From NCBI GenBank assembly GCA_965267345.1, contig OZ253947.1, positions 489,964 to 553,963 on the forward strand: a stretch of 64,000 bases of DNA, read 5' to 3'. Of this stretch, positions 38,012-51,017 are shown piece after piece. This DNA comes from Minisyncoccota bacterium. Lineage in GTDB: Bacteria; Patescibacteriota; Minisyncoccia; Phycocordibacterales; UBA2100. The position numbers and the translations under genes are program-made. The notes beneath the pieces were generated by a model. That model had not been told where the DNA came from. It searched no databases and saw only the letters and a program-made list of their open reading frames with translations. Within the stretch, counting starts at the first letter, position 1, and every line of letters starts with the position of its first letter.

Positions 38012-38324
38012 TTCTGGTCAAGTTCATTACCTCAGTGCATTTAAAAGAGCGAGCGATCCCAGTGTATCGGGTGCGTTCGCCCTTTCGTGTTGTCGTGGTT
38101 GACTAGAAGCCCACGCAAGCCTGTGCACGAACGTCCTGTCCATGCTCAGCGTCAGAGTGCGCCACGTACGGACCGATTGCTTCCTACTCGCTTCTTTGGC
38201 GTAGCGCCAAGCCGGCCGCGCGACGCCGCTTTCGTATATCAGCCACACCTGCAACATGCACAAAATCCATCTATTTAACTGGATGGGTTCAGTATGAAAT
38301 TAACTCTAGAGTTAACTCTGTACT

Positions 38325-39212
38325 TTATTTCTTCCACTTTTGGATGGTGACAAGCAGTGGTGTCGCAAGAAAGATTGACGAGTACGTTCCCGCGATGACT
38401 CCGGCGATGAGCACCAGTGCAAAGTCTTGTGTCACATCTGAGCCAATGAAAAACAGTGCGAGCAGTACCAACAGTGTGGTGAGTGACGTGTTGATACTGC
38501 GCACATACGTCTGATTGAGGGATTTGCCGACGGTAAGTTCAAACTCTTCTTTACGGTTCTTCTCGGCATTGTCGCGCAAGTTCTCACGTACGCGATCAAA
38601 TACGACGATGGTGTCGTTAACCGAGTAACCGAGAATCGCGAGCAGTGCCATCACAAAGAGAACATTGATTTCGGCGCCGAAGAGATAGCCAAGTATGGCA
38701 AAGACACCGACTGGCACGATCACGTCGTGCAGCAGTGCGACGATTGCGATAACGCCATACTTCCACGAACTCACGGGGGCAGACACCTTGCGAAATGCAA
38801 TAGCAATGAATGCAATGATGGCCAGCACGACGGCGATAAGTGCCACCCACGCTTTTGCGCGCAATTCGTTCCCAATGGTTGGTCCCACTGAGGTGAAGCG
38901 CTCAATCGTGCCTGTCTCCCCTGTTGCCGCGGCAAAGACCGCGTCACGCTGCGTCTCAGACAGAGGTGGTACGCGCAAGATAAACTGATCTTCTCCTGCA
39001 GCGCGGAGTGAGTAGGCGCCGATGTCGAGTGCATCGAGGCGTTCGGTGATAGCGGCTTTCTCGGGACGTTCCGTGTAGGACACTTCGGCAAGCTCACCGC
39101 CCGTAAACTCAATGCCAAATCGCAGCCCAAACACGGCAACCGCAGCAATAGCGCCAGCAACGATAATGCCGCTCAGTATAAAGAAAATTTTTCGGTGCGT
39201 TACAACAAACAT
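38325..39212 (-). CDS. secF: protein translocase subunit SecF
   Basis: 295 aa, 6 TM, SecD/SecF C-terminal domain. Confidence 0.9.
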   Translation of the reverse strand: MFVVTHRKIFFILSGIIVAGAIAAVAVFGLRFGIEFTGGELAEVSYTERPEKAAITERLDALDIGAYSLRAAGEDQFILRVPPLSETQRDAVFAAATGETGTIERFTSVGPTIGNELRAKAWVALIAVVLAIIAFIAIAFRKVSAPVSSWKYGVIAIVALLHDVIVPVGVFAILGYLFGAEINVLFVMALLAILGYSVNDTIVVFDRVRENLRDNAEKNRKEEFELTVGKSLNQTYVRSINTSLTTLLVLLALFFIGSDVTQDFALVLIAGVIAGTYSSIFLATPLLVTIQKWKK

Positions 39213-39213
39213 A

Positions 39214-39597
39214 TTAGCTATTGATTACTTTTGCGACATCGGCTTCTTTATATGAAGTGCCCTTGACCGCCTTTACATTGCGTGGCTCTTCAATTTCTTC
39301 AGGAAGGTCTTTGCTCATGTTACTCGCATGTACCTCATTAAAAATTGCTTCCATCTTGTCGGCAAGGCCGTACGCACCAATCGTACCGTACACTGTGTAG
39401 AGCACGTCGGCGAGCTCTTTTGCTACATCAGCAATATCCTCTTCTTTCTCCATTGCCTCAACTGCTTCCTCAAGCTCTTCGCGCATGAGGTGGATGCGGA
39501 TAGCACGCACGTCGTCGTCGACAAATCCCGGAGTTTCTCGCCACAGCGAGAAAAACTTGTCGTGAAAATCCTTCATTTGTGCAAGCTGCTTTTGCAT
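39214..39597 (-). CDS. MazG-like nucleotide pyrophosphohydrolase (all-alpha NTP-PPase)
   Basis: ...IRIHLMREELEEAVEAMEKEEDIADVAKELADVLY motif (EExxE...D) typical of MazG/dUTPase-like fold. Confidence 0.7.
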   Translation of the reverse strand: MQKQLAQMKDFHDKFFSLWRETPGFVDDDVRAIRIHLMREELEEAVEAMEKEEDIADVAKELADVLYTVYGTIGAYGLADKMEAIFNEVHASNMSKDLPEEIEEPRNVKAVKGTSYKEADVAKVINS

Positions 39598-39599
39598 AC

Positions 39600-40934
39600 T
39601 TATTTCAAACCTGAACCAAAGAAAAAGCGTGTCCAGCCACGGTGTTCGTAGTCGCCAAGGGCAAGCAAGAATGTGCGACTCACAGTGATAGCGGTGAGCA
39701 TGCTGACGATGACACCAATGCCAAAGACGAGGGCAAACCCTTCAACAAGTGACGTACCGAACCAGAAGAGGATGACGGCGGTGATAATGCTCGAGAGGTT
39801 GCCGTCGCGGATCGCGAGCCATGCGCGGGCGAAGCCATCGCGGACGGCGTTGCGTGTCCACTTGCCTCCCGCCAGTTCTTCTTTGATACGCTCAAAGATG
39901 AGCACGTTCGCGTCTACAGCCAAACCAATCGAGAGAATGAAACCCGCAAGTCCTGCTGCGGTGAGCGTCACCGGAATAAGCTTAAAGATGGCAAGCATGA
40001 GCACAATGTAGAGTGTCAGTGACACCACCGCGATCGCGCCCAGAACGCGATACCAGAGAATGAGAAAGATCGCGACTGCGGTAAGCCCCCATAGTGCAGC
40101 CATAATGCCGTGCTCCAGTGTATCGGCGCCGAGCGAGGCACCAATAGTCTGACTTGAGAGCAGTGTGATTGGCACCGGTAGCGCACCGAAGTTGAGATTG
40201 CGCACGAGCTCGCGCGCTTCGTCAGGTTGGAAGCCGCCGGAAATGACTGCGGTGCCACCGTAAATCGGTTCGCGGACCACCGGCGCCGAAATGAGTCGGC
40301 CGTCGAGGAAGATGCCAAAGACGTCACCAACGTGTTCGGTGGTAAAGTCTTCAAAGATTTGTGCGCCTTCACTCGTGAAATCAACAACGACGAGCGGCTC
40401 GTTCGAGAGACCACCCTGCCCCGCTTGGCCGAACTGCAGTGTTGCGCGCTCAAGATGCGCACCGGTAAGCACCGCCGGTCCAAAACCATCCTGCGCATCA
40501 AGTGTGAGCTCGCCGTCTTCGAATTGCTCAGGAGTCACCGTCGATTCATTTGTCTGGAGACGAAACTCCATGACGGGCGTTTCGCCCAGCGTGCGAATCG
40601 CTTCTTGCGTATCGGTGACTCCTGGCAACTCGACAATGAGACGTTGTTGCGGGTCACCCGTGATGGCGCCACCCTCTTCCGTCTGGACGATCGGCTCGGC
40701 AACACCGAAGAGGTTCACGCGCTGTTCAATCGTATCGCGAAGCGCGGCCATCGACTGTTCGATGTCTGCAGGTGCGAGATTGCTGGTGTCGGCCTCGTAG
40801 ACAAGGTGTGTGCCGCCGGAGAGATCAAGTCCGTAGCGAAAGTTAAAAGCATCTCCCTGTTCAGTGCTGTAGATAAACCACCCTGTGGCTGCGCCGGCAA
40901 TCAGTATGGCGAGGGCTATGAGTCTGCTTTTCAT
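39600..40934 (-). CDS. secD: protein translocase subunit SecD
   Basis: 444 aa, periplasmic domain + SecD/F TM bundle. Confidence 0.9.
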   Translation of the reverse strand: MKSRLIALAILIAGAATGWFIYSTEQGDAFNFRYGLDLSGGTHLVYEADTSNLAPADIEQSMAALRDTIEQRVNLFGVAEPIVQTEEGGAITGDPQQRLIVELPGVTDTQEAIRTLGETPVMEFRLQTNESTVTPEQFEDGELTLDAQDGFGPAVLTGAHLERATLQFGQAGQGGLSNEPLVVVDFTSEGAQIFEDFTTEHVGDVFGIFLDGRLISAPVVREPIYGGTAVISGGFQPDEARELVRNLNFGALPVPITLLSSQTIGASLGADTLEHGIMAALWGLTAVAIFLILWYRVLGAIAVVSLTLYIVLMLAIFKLIPVTLTAAGLAGFILSIGLAVDANVLIFERIKEELAGGKWTRNAVRDGFARAWLAIRDGNLSSIITAVILFWFGTSLVEGFALVFGIGVIVSMLTAITVSRTFLLALGDYEHRGWTRFFFGSGLK

Positions 40935-40976
40935 GTGTGGGCAGTATACCTATGCACAGGTGCGATGTCTATGGAA

Positions 40977-41018
40977 CGAGTGCGGGCTGTTTCGAGTACT
41001 CGAAACAGCCCGCACTCG
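40977..41018. repeat. 42-bp perfect GC-rich palindrome with GTTTCGA-GTAC-TCGAAAC core
   Basis: CGAGTGCGGGCTGTTTCGAGT|ACTCGAAACAGCCCGCACTCG; between sugar-transferase stop and secD start. Confidence 0.85.
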
Positions 41019-41025
41019 CATGCGA

Positions 41026-42378
41026 TTAACTTCCTTTGCTGGTGACAAGTGTGCGTATCGTTAACAGAGCAATATACACATCAAGCCACAAGCTGCGCTC
41101 TTTAATGTAGTAGAGGTCATGAGCAAGCTTTTCTTTTGTGATATCGACGTCGACACCATGGTGTGCGTGCCGTGCGTGAATTTGCGCCCAGCCTGAGAGT
41201 CCGGGCTTTACCACATGGCGTATGTTGTAGTGGCGGATGTGGGCACGATACTCTTGCACCAATGCGGGGAGCTCCGGCCGCGGACCAATAAATGAGAGCC
41301 TCCCCGTCACCACGCTCCAGAGCTGTGGTAGCTCGTCGAGGCGTGTTCGGCGCAAGATACGCCCCACGCGCGTGACCGCAAGCTTGCTGTCGAGCACGGC
41401 GGTGCCTGAGTCAGTACCCGTCATGCTGCGGAATTTATGAAACGCAAATGGGATACCCCCCTTCCCGATGCGTTGTGTGGTGTAAAAAATGGGCCCTGCA
41501 CTCTCGAGTTTGATTGCAAGAATAATAAACGGATACAGGGGCAGTGTGAGTATGCCGAGTACGAGCGCGCCAATGATATCGATGAGACGCTTACTTGCAC
41601 TATAGAGCATATGTTCATTCAGTGAGAGGTAGCGCAGCACCCAGCGCTCATCAATGAGCGTCAGCGGGAGTCGCTGGAATACTTCCTGATAGACATCGCG
41701 CACGTCAATAAATTCGGCACTCCGCTCGATGAACGTTAGGTCGTAAATATACTGGAGAAAATCGTCGAGTGCATGATTGCTCATGTCGGCAACAATCGCG
41801 TCGATGGTGCCGTTTTCAATTAGGGTACGTAGGGTGTGCTTCGCCTCAGCGGCCGAGGTGAGCTCGGGGTGAATAATCGCACGAAACTCAAGTGGATAGA
41901 GCGGATCACGATTCACTTCATCAGCGAGTTCGGTGAGCTCATGGCTGGTGCCGATAAGCACCGCGCCGATTTCGCGCCGCACCAAAATGTGCGGGTAGAT
42001 CAGCACGCGCCACACGTAGAGCAGTAGCGTTGAAACAACCAAGTAAATGACGAGTACCACTTTTGGTGTAATCTGGAAAAACGGAATGAAGAAAAAAAAC
42101 AGTACCGCTATGACGATGTTAATCGCCTGCGCGGCAAACAGGACGTTCGGAAGATTTCGACGGAACAAGAGCGTGTACCGGCCGTAGAGCCCCGCAAGAA
42201 AATACACGACAAACCATGCGAGGAATAGTACCGAAAATGAGACGAGGTGTACGAGTGCCGTGTTGAGTGCAGGCACTTCAAAATGTCGCACTGCGAGCGT
42301 GAGCCAGACCGATGCGTACAGCGCGCTGATGTCCCCGATAAGGAGCGTCAGGTACGCCTTTTTGCTTAACACATTCAC
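41026..42378 (-). CDS. polyprenyl-phosphate sugar phosphotransferase (bacterial sugar transferase, WbaP/CpsE-like)
   Basis: C-terminal KRLIDI...LSFIGPRP...DELPQLW bacterial sugar transferase signature; 4-5 N-terminal TM. Confidence 0.85.
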   Translation of the reverse strand: MNVLSKKAYLTLLIGDISALYASVWLTLAVRHFEVPALNTALVHLVSFSVLFLAWFVVYFLAGLYGRYTLLFRRNLPNVLFAAQAINIVIAVLFFFFIPFFQITPKVVLVIYLVVSTLLLYVWRVLIYPHILVRREIGAVLIGTSHELTELADEVNRDPLYPLEFRAIIHPELTSAAEAKHTLRTLIENGTIDAIVADMSNHALDDFLQYIYDLTFIERSAEFIDVRDVYQEVFQRLPLTLIDERWVLRYLSLNEHMLYSASKRLIDIIGALVLGILTLPLYPFIILAIKLESAGPIFYTTQRIGKGGIPFAFHKFRSMTGTDSGTAVLDSKLAVTRVGRILRRTRLDELPQLWSVVTGRLSFIGPRPELPALVQEYRAHIRHYNIRHVVKPGLSGWAQIHARHAHHGVDVDITKEKLAHDLYYIKERSLWLDVYIALLTIRTLVTSKGS

Positions 42379-42468
42379 ACCAAACTAGTACCACACTTAT
42401 ATTCTTGACACAATAGATTTACATTGTCTTGTTGTTTCAGTGTTATTTTGTGGCTCTATTGCAACGTT

Positions 42469-43659
42469 TTATGAGCGCGTGCTGCCAAGTCCGACGAACT
42501 CGCGCTGGGTATCTTCTTTGTGCACCACGCGCGCATAGCGATACATGCTCATGAGCATGCCCAGTGCCGCAAACTCGGTCACCAAGTGCGAACCGCCATA
42601 ACTCATAAACGGCAGCGTCACACCTGTCACCGGCAACAGGCCGATATTCATACCTACGTGTACCGTAAAGTGACTCAAAAACAGTATGGCTAACCCGAGC
42701 GCAAAGAGCGTCTCGAAGTTTGTCGCGCCGATGTGTGCGTGAGCAAGGATGCGCCAGAATAAAATACCAAACAGCGCAAACAAAAGCACAACGCCAATGA
42801 ATCCCCACTCTTCGGCAAAGGATGCGAAGATGAAGTCGGTTTCGTACTCGGGCAAGAACTGCAGCTTACTCTGGGTGCCGTAGCCAATTCCCTTACCCAA
42901 GAGCTGACCAGAGCCGACGGCGATAGTTGATTGATATGCGTTGTATCCTGTCCCCTGCACGTCAGCAAGTGGATGCAAGAAGGTGATAATACGCTGCTTT
43001 TGGTACTCTTTCAGCAACGGCTCCTGCGTGTCGAGTGCATGATGGAGCGGGGCGAACCATAAACTCAAGGCGGTAACGGTGCCGAGCACCATCACCAGTG
43101 CAAAGTGCTTTTTTGAAATGCCTGAAACGAGTACCATGCCGAGCCACACAAAGAAAATCATAATCGCCGATCCAAAGTCCGGCTGCAGTGCAATAAGTAC
43201 AAACAGTGCAAATGCGTACGCGCCCGAAACGAGAATGTGTCGTATGTTAGCGATGGCAATATGACGCCGCGTGAAATACTTCGCCAACAGTGCGATGATG
43301 ACAATTTTTGCGGGGTCTGCCGGCTGCAGTGCAAAAAAACCGAGATCGAAACGACTCTGCGCACCTTTAACGACATCACCAAACACAAACACCGCGATAA
43401 GGGCAAGTGCCGTCAGTGCAAAAAGCAGTACGACAATACTCGTACGCCGCAGGAAGCGAAAATCAAGAAGGCTGAATAGGACGAACACGCTGAGGGCCAC
43501 CGCGAGCCAAATGAGCTGCCGCTCAAAAAAGATGTTTTCGCTGGCATACGAATGCATGGTGACAATACCAGCAAGCGTAATGAGTACCGCACTGCCAACG
43601 AGCGGCACATCAAGTGAGTGCCAGTAGTGGCGCAGCGAACGAAAAACCCCAGTGTGCAT
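42469..43659 (-). CDS. ftsW: SEDS-family peptidoglycan glycosyltransferase FtsW/RodA
   Basis: 10 TM, FtsW/RodA/SpoVE conserved blocks; start at internal M18, ORF track start 43710. Confidence 0.85.
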   Translation of the reverse strand: MHTGVFRSLRHYWHSLDVPLVGSAVLITLAGIVTMHSYASENIFFERQLIWLAVALSVFVLFSLLDFRFLRRTSIVVLLFALTALALIAVFVFGDVVKGAQSRFDLGFFALQPADPAKIVIIALLAKYFTRRHIAIANIRHILVSGAYAFALFVLIALQPDFGSAIMIFFVWLGMVLVSGISKKHFALVMVLGTVTALSLWFAPLHHALDTQEPLLKEYQKQRIITFLHPLADVQGTGYNAYQSTIAVGSGQLLGKGIGYGTQSKLQFLPEYETDFIFASFAEEWGFIGVVLLFALFGILFWRILAHAHIGATNFETLFALGLAILFLSHFTVHVGMNIGLLPVTGVTLPFMSYGGSHLVTEFAALGMLMSMYRYARVVHKEDTQREFVGLGSTRS

Positions 43660-43669
43660 ACGGGCGACT

Positions 43670-44446
43670 CTAGCGTGGGTTCTCGGGGAGTGCAAGCGGC
43701 ACAATATCAACGCGCGTCACCGGTGTGCCAAAGGGTGCAGGCCACGTGAATACAATTTGTTGCTCTGCTCCACCGGCAATCGTTTCGACAATCGTTCGTG
43801 ACGAGCCGACGGCGTTGCCGTCGCTATCGAATACAGTGGCAATAACGACCACATCGTCTTTTGTACGCACGTTAGTGTTCTCAAGGATTGCGTCGACCCG
43901 CGGCGCAGTATTGCCTTGGGTAAATCGCTCGCCCTTAATCCGAATCCCTGCCGTCGGATTTTCCATACGTTCCCAGACGAGATCGTCAACGAATGCGAAG
44001 AATGTGCGTGCAGGAATACGCTCGCCAGTGTCGATGCGTGTTTCAAAGATTGGGAACACTTTTCCGGGAAACAGCGGCACACTCCCGTACCGCTCAGCAA
44101 TGAGTATGTTGTCTTTGTCGTAGAGTTTAAATTGGTATGCCGCACTGTACACGCCCGCACTCGTGTTCGGATTTTCAATGTAGGCAACCGCATTATAGAA
44201 CCCTTCACGTACCAAGAACGAGCGCGCCCAGAGTACCGCGTGCGGCTGCAAGTACTGTTCATCAAGCAGCTGGCACGGCCCACCGCGATCAATGGCCGTT
44301 TCATTTTGGTTCTGGATACCATCAAAACAACTTGCGGGTTCGTGCAGTGCAAAGAAGACGAGCGGTGCAATAATAGCGACGAGTACAAAGAGAATGCTCC
44401 CTGCGTACATCATTTGCCGACGACGTGCCCATGCTGACCTTGCCAT
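43670..44446 (-). CDS. hypothetical secreted/membrane-anchored protein
   Basis: 258 aa, N-terminal TM, no recognisable domain. Confidence 0.45.
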   Translation of the reverse strand: MARSAWARRRQMMYAGSILFVLVAIIAPLVFFALHEPASCFDGIQNQNETAIDRGGPCQLLDEQYLQPHAVLWARSFLVREGFYNAVAYIENPNTSAGVYSAAYQFKLYDKDNILIAERYGSVPLFPGKVFPIFETRIDTGERIPARTFFAFVDDLVWERMENPTAGIRIKGERFTQGNTAPRVDAILENTNVRTKDDVVVIATVFDSDGNAVGSSRTIVETIAGGAEQQIVFTWPAPFGTPVTRVDIVPLALPENPR

Positions 44447-44500
44447 AGTAGTTGACAGTATACCAAAAACACCCGCGATACGCGGGTGTTTTTGGTATCA

Positions 44501-44610
44501 AATACTCTGTGTTGGCGCCTACCTACTCTCCCCAAAGAATGAGTACCATCGGCGCTAGTGGGCTTGACTGCCGAGTTCGGAATGGGATCGGGTATACCCC
44601 CACCGCCAAA
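44501..44610 (-). rRNA. rrf: 5S ribosomal RNA
   Basis: ...CCCGATCCCATTCCGAACTCGGCAGTCAAGCCCACTAGCGCCGATGGTACTC...GGGGAGAGTAGGTAGGCGCC. Confidence 0.85.
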
Positions 44611-44814
44611 GCACCAACACACAGTATTCGAACGCATATGAAGCACTCTATACGAGACCCGATCCTCCTCACAATGAAGATCAGGCCTGGTCGCCGAGGG
44701 AGGGTTCGGACCTCCATCAAAGGGCCATGCCCAATGGTCTTACGTTAAACGACTCGCCGTATTCCCATACAGAATACTTCATGTAATCAATAGCACTGAA
44801 ATCGACATGCAAGG

Positions 44815-47925
<3,111 letters not shown>

Positions 47926-48203
47926 CCTGTGAGGAGTTCCACTAACCGCTTTAATTTTTATGCATGTGTGTTTCGCACGGAAAGACCGAGGTCGGCTAGA
48001 CCTCATAATCAAACGAAACACACGTCCTGCATGTCGATTTCAATGCTATTAAATTGTCAAAGATCATTCTGCGTGTTTTCTGTACATCCACGAGCGGCAC
48101 TAAAAATGACCGCTTGAGCGCGGCCCTTCGAGTGCTTTCAAAAAAAGCCCTCTACGGACGCACGCTTTTCTTGGACAAACTACTCATAAACACGTGGGCG
48201 CTA

Positions 48204-48230
48204 TTATATAGAGCCGCGCTCAAAAGTCAA
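48204..48230 (-). promoter_or_regulatory. sigma70-like promoter upstream of 23S rRNA (TTGACT-N16-TATAAT)
   Basis: minus strand TTGACTtttgagcgcggctctaTATAATagc about 280 nt upstream of 23S 5' end. Confidence 0.5.
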
Positions 48231-48264
48231 CAAAAATGCCTGTTTCTTCCGCATGCAACTGCAC

Positions 48265-48298
48265 CACAAAACACCCCGCTTTTCAGCGGGGTGTTTTG
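48265..48298 (-). terminator. rho-independent terminator after the MscS-like gene
   Basis: AAAACACCCCGC-TTTTCA-GCGGGGTGTTTT hairpin with flanking T/A runs. Confidence 0.65.
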
Positions 48299-48318
48299 CA
48301 ACAAGATAAGCACGTCGC

Positions 48319-49011
48319 TTACTTCTTGTCGTGGCGAATCTCTTCGCGCAGCTTCTCAATGTAGCGCGCTGCTGCTTCCTGCCCACCGAGTCCGAACGCG
48401 AGTCCGAAACCGAGTGACAGTGCCACAACGACACCAGCAAAGAGTGTCTGCACAAATGCAGCCCCGACACCCAACTGTGCGAGTGCCACGAGGAATGCAA
48501 AGATCCAGATTGACCACTTTGCGACACTTCCGAGGAAGTGTGCGCTGTGCATGTCTGCGGCGCGTGCTGCACCGGCAACCAAGTTCTTCACGAACTCAGC
48601 AAGTACTGCTGCAATCAGAAGTACCAAGACCGCAACAATCACCTGTGGGAGGTAGACGAGTACCACCTCGCGCAGGAAGACGCTCACCAAGTCGAGGCCG
48701 AGTACCTCAAGTGATGCCATCAAGAATACGACGATGACGAACCACTTTACGAGGCCACCAAGCAGCCCTCCCGCACTCAAGCGGAAGCCGCCGCGGTTGA
48801 TTGCCTCTTCAAAGCCGGCACTGCGGAGTGCGTTGTCAACTTTCAGCGCATCAATAATCTGCGCGACAACACGGCCAAGAATGGCACCAACGACCCAACC
48901 AATGATGAAGATAAGGATCGCCGCAGCGATACTTGGAAGGTAGACGATGAAGTTCGTCCAGACATCTTGGAATGACTGCTGAATAGCAACAGTCCACGAT
49001 TGAATCAACAT
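48319..49011 (-). CDS. small-conductance mechanosensitive-channel-like membrane protein (conserved TM-helix repeats)
   Basis: 230 aa, repeated TM helices with Gly/Ala-rich packing resembling MscS N-terminal TM_helix repeats. Confidence 0.55.
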   Translation of the reverse strand: MLIQSWTVAIQQSFQDVWTNFIVYLPSIAAAILIFIIGWVVGAILGRVVAQIIDALKVDNALRSAGFEEAINRGGFRLSAGGLLGGLVKWFVIVVFLMASLEVLGLDLVSVFLREVVLVYLPQVIVAVLVLLIAAVLAEFVKNLVAGAARAADMHSAHFLGSVAKWSIWIFAFLVALAQLGVGAAFVQTLFAGVVVALSLGFGLAFGLGGQEAAARYIEKLREEIRHDKK

Positions 49012-49119
49012 AACGATATCTTTTGCCTAGGCGTTATATCAAAACTAGTAAGTTGTACGTACGACCTACCTTAATGATAGCATCGCCGTTTTGTATGTAA
49101 GAGGGTGCTGTGGAGAGCG

Positions 49120-49785
49120 CTAGACGTTGCGGTTAGGCCGTTTTTGCATGTTCACGCCGCGCCAGTCACTCGCAAGTTTGTCCACCAATACTTGGTGCGG
49201 ATAATCCAAAATATCGCGAATCAAACGGTCGTAGACGCCCAAGCGGTATGTAAAATCGCGCGTACTAAATGAGGCAAATCGTAGCTCGCGCCCAATCTGT
49301 GCTTCCAAGTCGCGAATCGACTCTTTCAGCTGTGCGTCCTTTATCGCGTCACCCACGATGAGCAAATCAACGCGGCTGTCAGCGTCTTGAATGAACACCC
49401 CCGAGACCAGCACGAGCTTGAGCTTCCCTGCCGTGCCGAGCTTCTTGACGATACTGTCATTATCGGTCGGTGCAATATTGAGCACAAAACTGCGCAATGC
49501 AAAAAAGTGCTCAAACCGCGTATCGGCAGCAACACCGGCAACGCGTTTCGTCTTTTCTTTTTTATTTTTCCCACGGCCGGTCGTCACCACCTGCTCACAC
49601 GTATCTTTTCGCAACAGTCCAACCTTCAAAAAACTATTCACTTCTTTGCGCACCACACGCGAATCTACTTTTGCGTGCTTCGCAATCTCCGCTATCGTGT
49701 AGCACGTTTCCGGATTCCCGAGAAACAACCGCAGTATTTTCACACGTGCCGTGCTCCCAAACAGTGTACCGAGTACGTCGTTCAT
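49120..49785 (-). CDS. winged-HTH (ArsR-like) + minimal nucleotidyltransferase-fold fusion protein
   Basis: N-terminal ARVKILRLFLGNPETCYTIAEIAKHAKVDSRVVRKEVNSFLKVGLL; C-terminal ...LVLVSGVFIQDADSRVDLLIVGD (GS...DxD NTase-like). Confidence 0.5.
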   Translation of the reverse strand: MNDVLGTLFGSTARVKILRLFLGNPETCYTIAEIAKHAKVDSRVVRKEVNSFLKVGLLRKDTCEQVVTTGRGKNKKEKTKRVAGVAADTRFEHFFALRSFVLNIAPTDNDSIVKKLGTAGKLKLVLVSGVFIQDADSRVDLLIVGDAIKDAQLKESIRDLEAQIGRELRFASFSTRDFTYRLGVYDRLIRDILDYPHQVLVDKLASDWRGVNMQKRPNRNV

Positions 49786-49950
49786 CCTGTAGTGAAAAAC
49801 AGCAACTGAGTCGCGCTCAGTTTTACTGTCGATAGTTATGGGTACGAATAACGTCGACCGCCACAGTCTCCCGCTTCGTCACAAGTACGCGTGTGCTGTT
49901 TTCTACTACGGGATTCATTGCGGCTCATTCTACCACTAACCGCACAGGCA

Positions 49951-49984
49951 GACAAAAACGCCCCGTCGCAGGGCGTTTTTGTAC
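49951..49984 (-). terminator. rho-independent terminator after rplL
   Basis: AAAACGCCC-CGTCGCA-GGGCGTTTT followed by TTTTTG. Confidence 0.7.
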
Positions 49985-50002
49985 TCCAGAACAAGCGGCA
50001 AA

Positions 50003-50464
50003 CTACTTAAGCTCAATTGAAGCACCTGCTTCCTCAAGCTTCGTCTTCCACTCTTCTGCTTCGTCTTTCTTCACATCGCTCTTCAGGTCAGCCGGTGCGC
50101 TCTCAACGAGCTCCTTCGCTTCCTTCAGACCGAGGCCGAGAATTTCCTTCACCGCCTTGATGACACCGATCTTCGAGTCACCAACTGAGGCAAGGTGCAC
50201 GGTGAATTCGCTCTTCTCTTCAGCAGCGTCACCGCCTGCGGCACCACCAGCAACAGCAACGGCAGCAGCTGATACACCGAACTTCTTCTCAAGTACCTTC
50301 ACGAGGCCGTGAAGCTCGAGTACGGTCATGTTCTCGATCTTTTCGATGAGATCCTTGTATTCGTCAGGAACCTCAACCTCTTCTGCTTCATCAGCAGCTT
50401 CTTCAGTGGTTTCTTCGGCAGCTTCTTCAGTAGCTGCGTCGTCCTTTTTCTCTTCGTCAGTCAT
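50003..50464 (-). CDS. rplL: 50S ribosomal protein L7/L12 with ~35-aa acidic N-terminal extension
   Basis: ...[23 protein letters not shown]...[26 protein letters not shown]... Confidence 0.9.
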   Translation of the reverse strand: MTDEEKKDDAATEEAAEETTEEAADEAEEVEVPDEYKDLIEKIENMTVLELHGLVKVLEKKFGVSAAAVAVAGGAAGGDAAEEKSEFTVHLASVGDSKIGVIKAVKEILGLGLKEAKELVESAPADLKSDVKKDEAEEWKTKLEEAGASIELK

Positions 50465-50513
50465 ATTTTTTAGTTAACAGCTATGAGCTATGAACTCAGA
50501 GCGTACGAGTAAT

Positions 50514-51017
50514 TTATGATTGCTTCTTTTCGGCAACGCCGTTCAGGGCAATAACCAAACCTTGAATTGGTGAGTTGATGACGTTGGCAAACATACCACG
50601 GAGTGTGTCCACTGGCGGAATGGTTGCAACCTCATTCATCTCAGCTGCGTCCATGAAGCGGCCCTCAAAGACACCGCCGACGATCGAGAGTTTCTCACCG
50701 TACTTCTTCACGAACGTGTACACGCCGCGTGCTGGCCCCGTTGGGTCAGTGCTGTCCGCATCAGCGTAGGCAACGGCCATCTCGCCGTCAATTGCCGGCT
50801 GCTCGCCGTCAATCTTGGCAGCGTCTGCCGCGCGACGCATCAGCGTCTTACGCGCAACGAAGTACGAGATGCCGTCGTCGCGCAGTGCGCCACGCATCTC
50901 AGCCTCTTCGTCAACCGGAAGTCCCGCAAAGTGTACAAAGACCGTCGAAGGCGACGTCGTAAATGCATTTTGAAGACGCTCAACGATCTGCTGTTTCTGC
51001 TCTTTTGTTTTTGCCAT
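50514..51017 (-). CDS. rplJ: 50S ribosomal protein L10
   Basis: MAKTKEQKQQIVERLQNAF...; start at internal ATG 51017 (ORF track start 51251 includes leader). Confidence 0.85.
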   Translation of the reverse strand: MAKTKEQKQQIVERLQNAFTTSPSTVFVHFAGLPVDEEAEMRGALRDDGISYFVARKTLMRRAADAAKIDGEQPAIDGEMAVAYADADSTDPTGPARGVYTFVKKYGEKLSIVGGVFEGRFMDAAEMNEVATIPPVDTLRGMFANVINSPIQGLVIALNGVAEKKQS

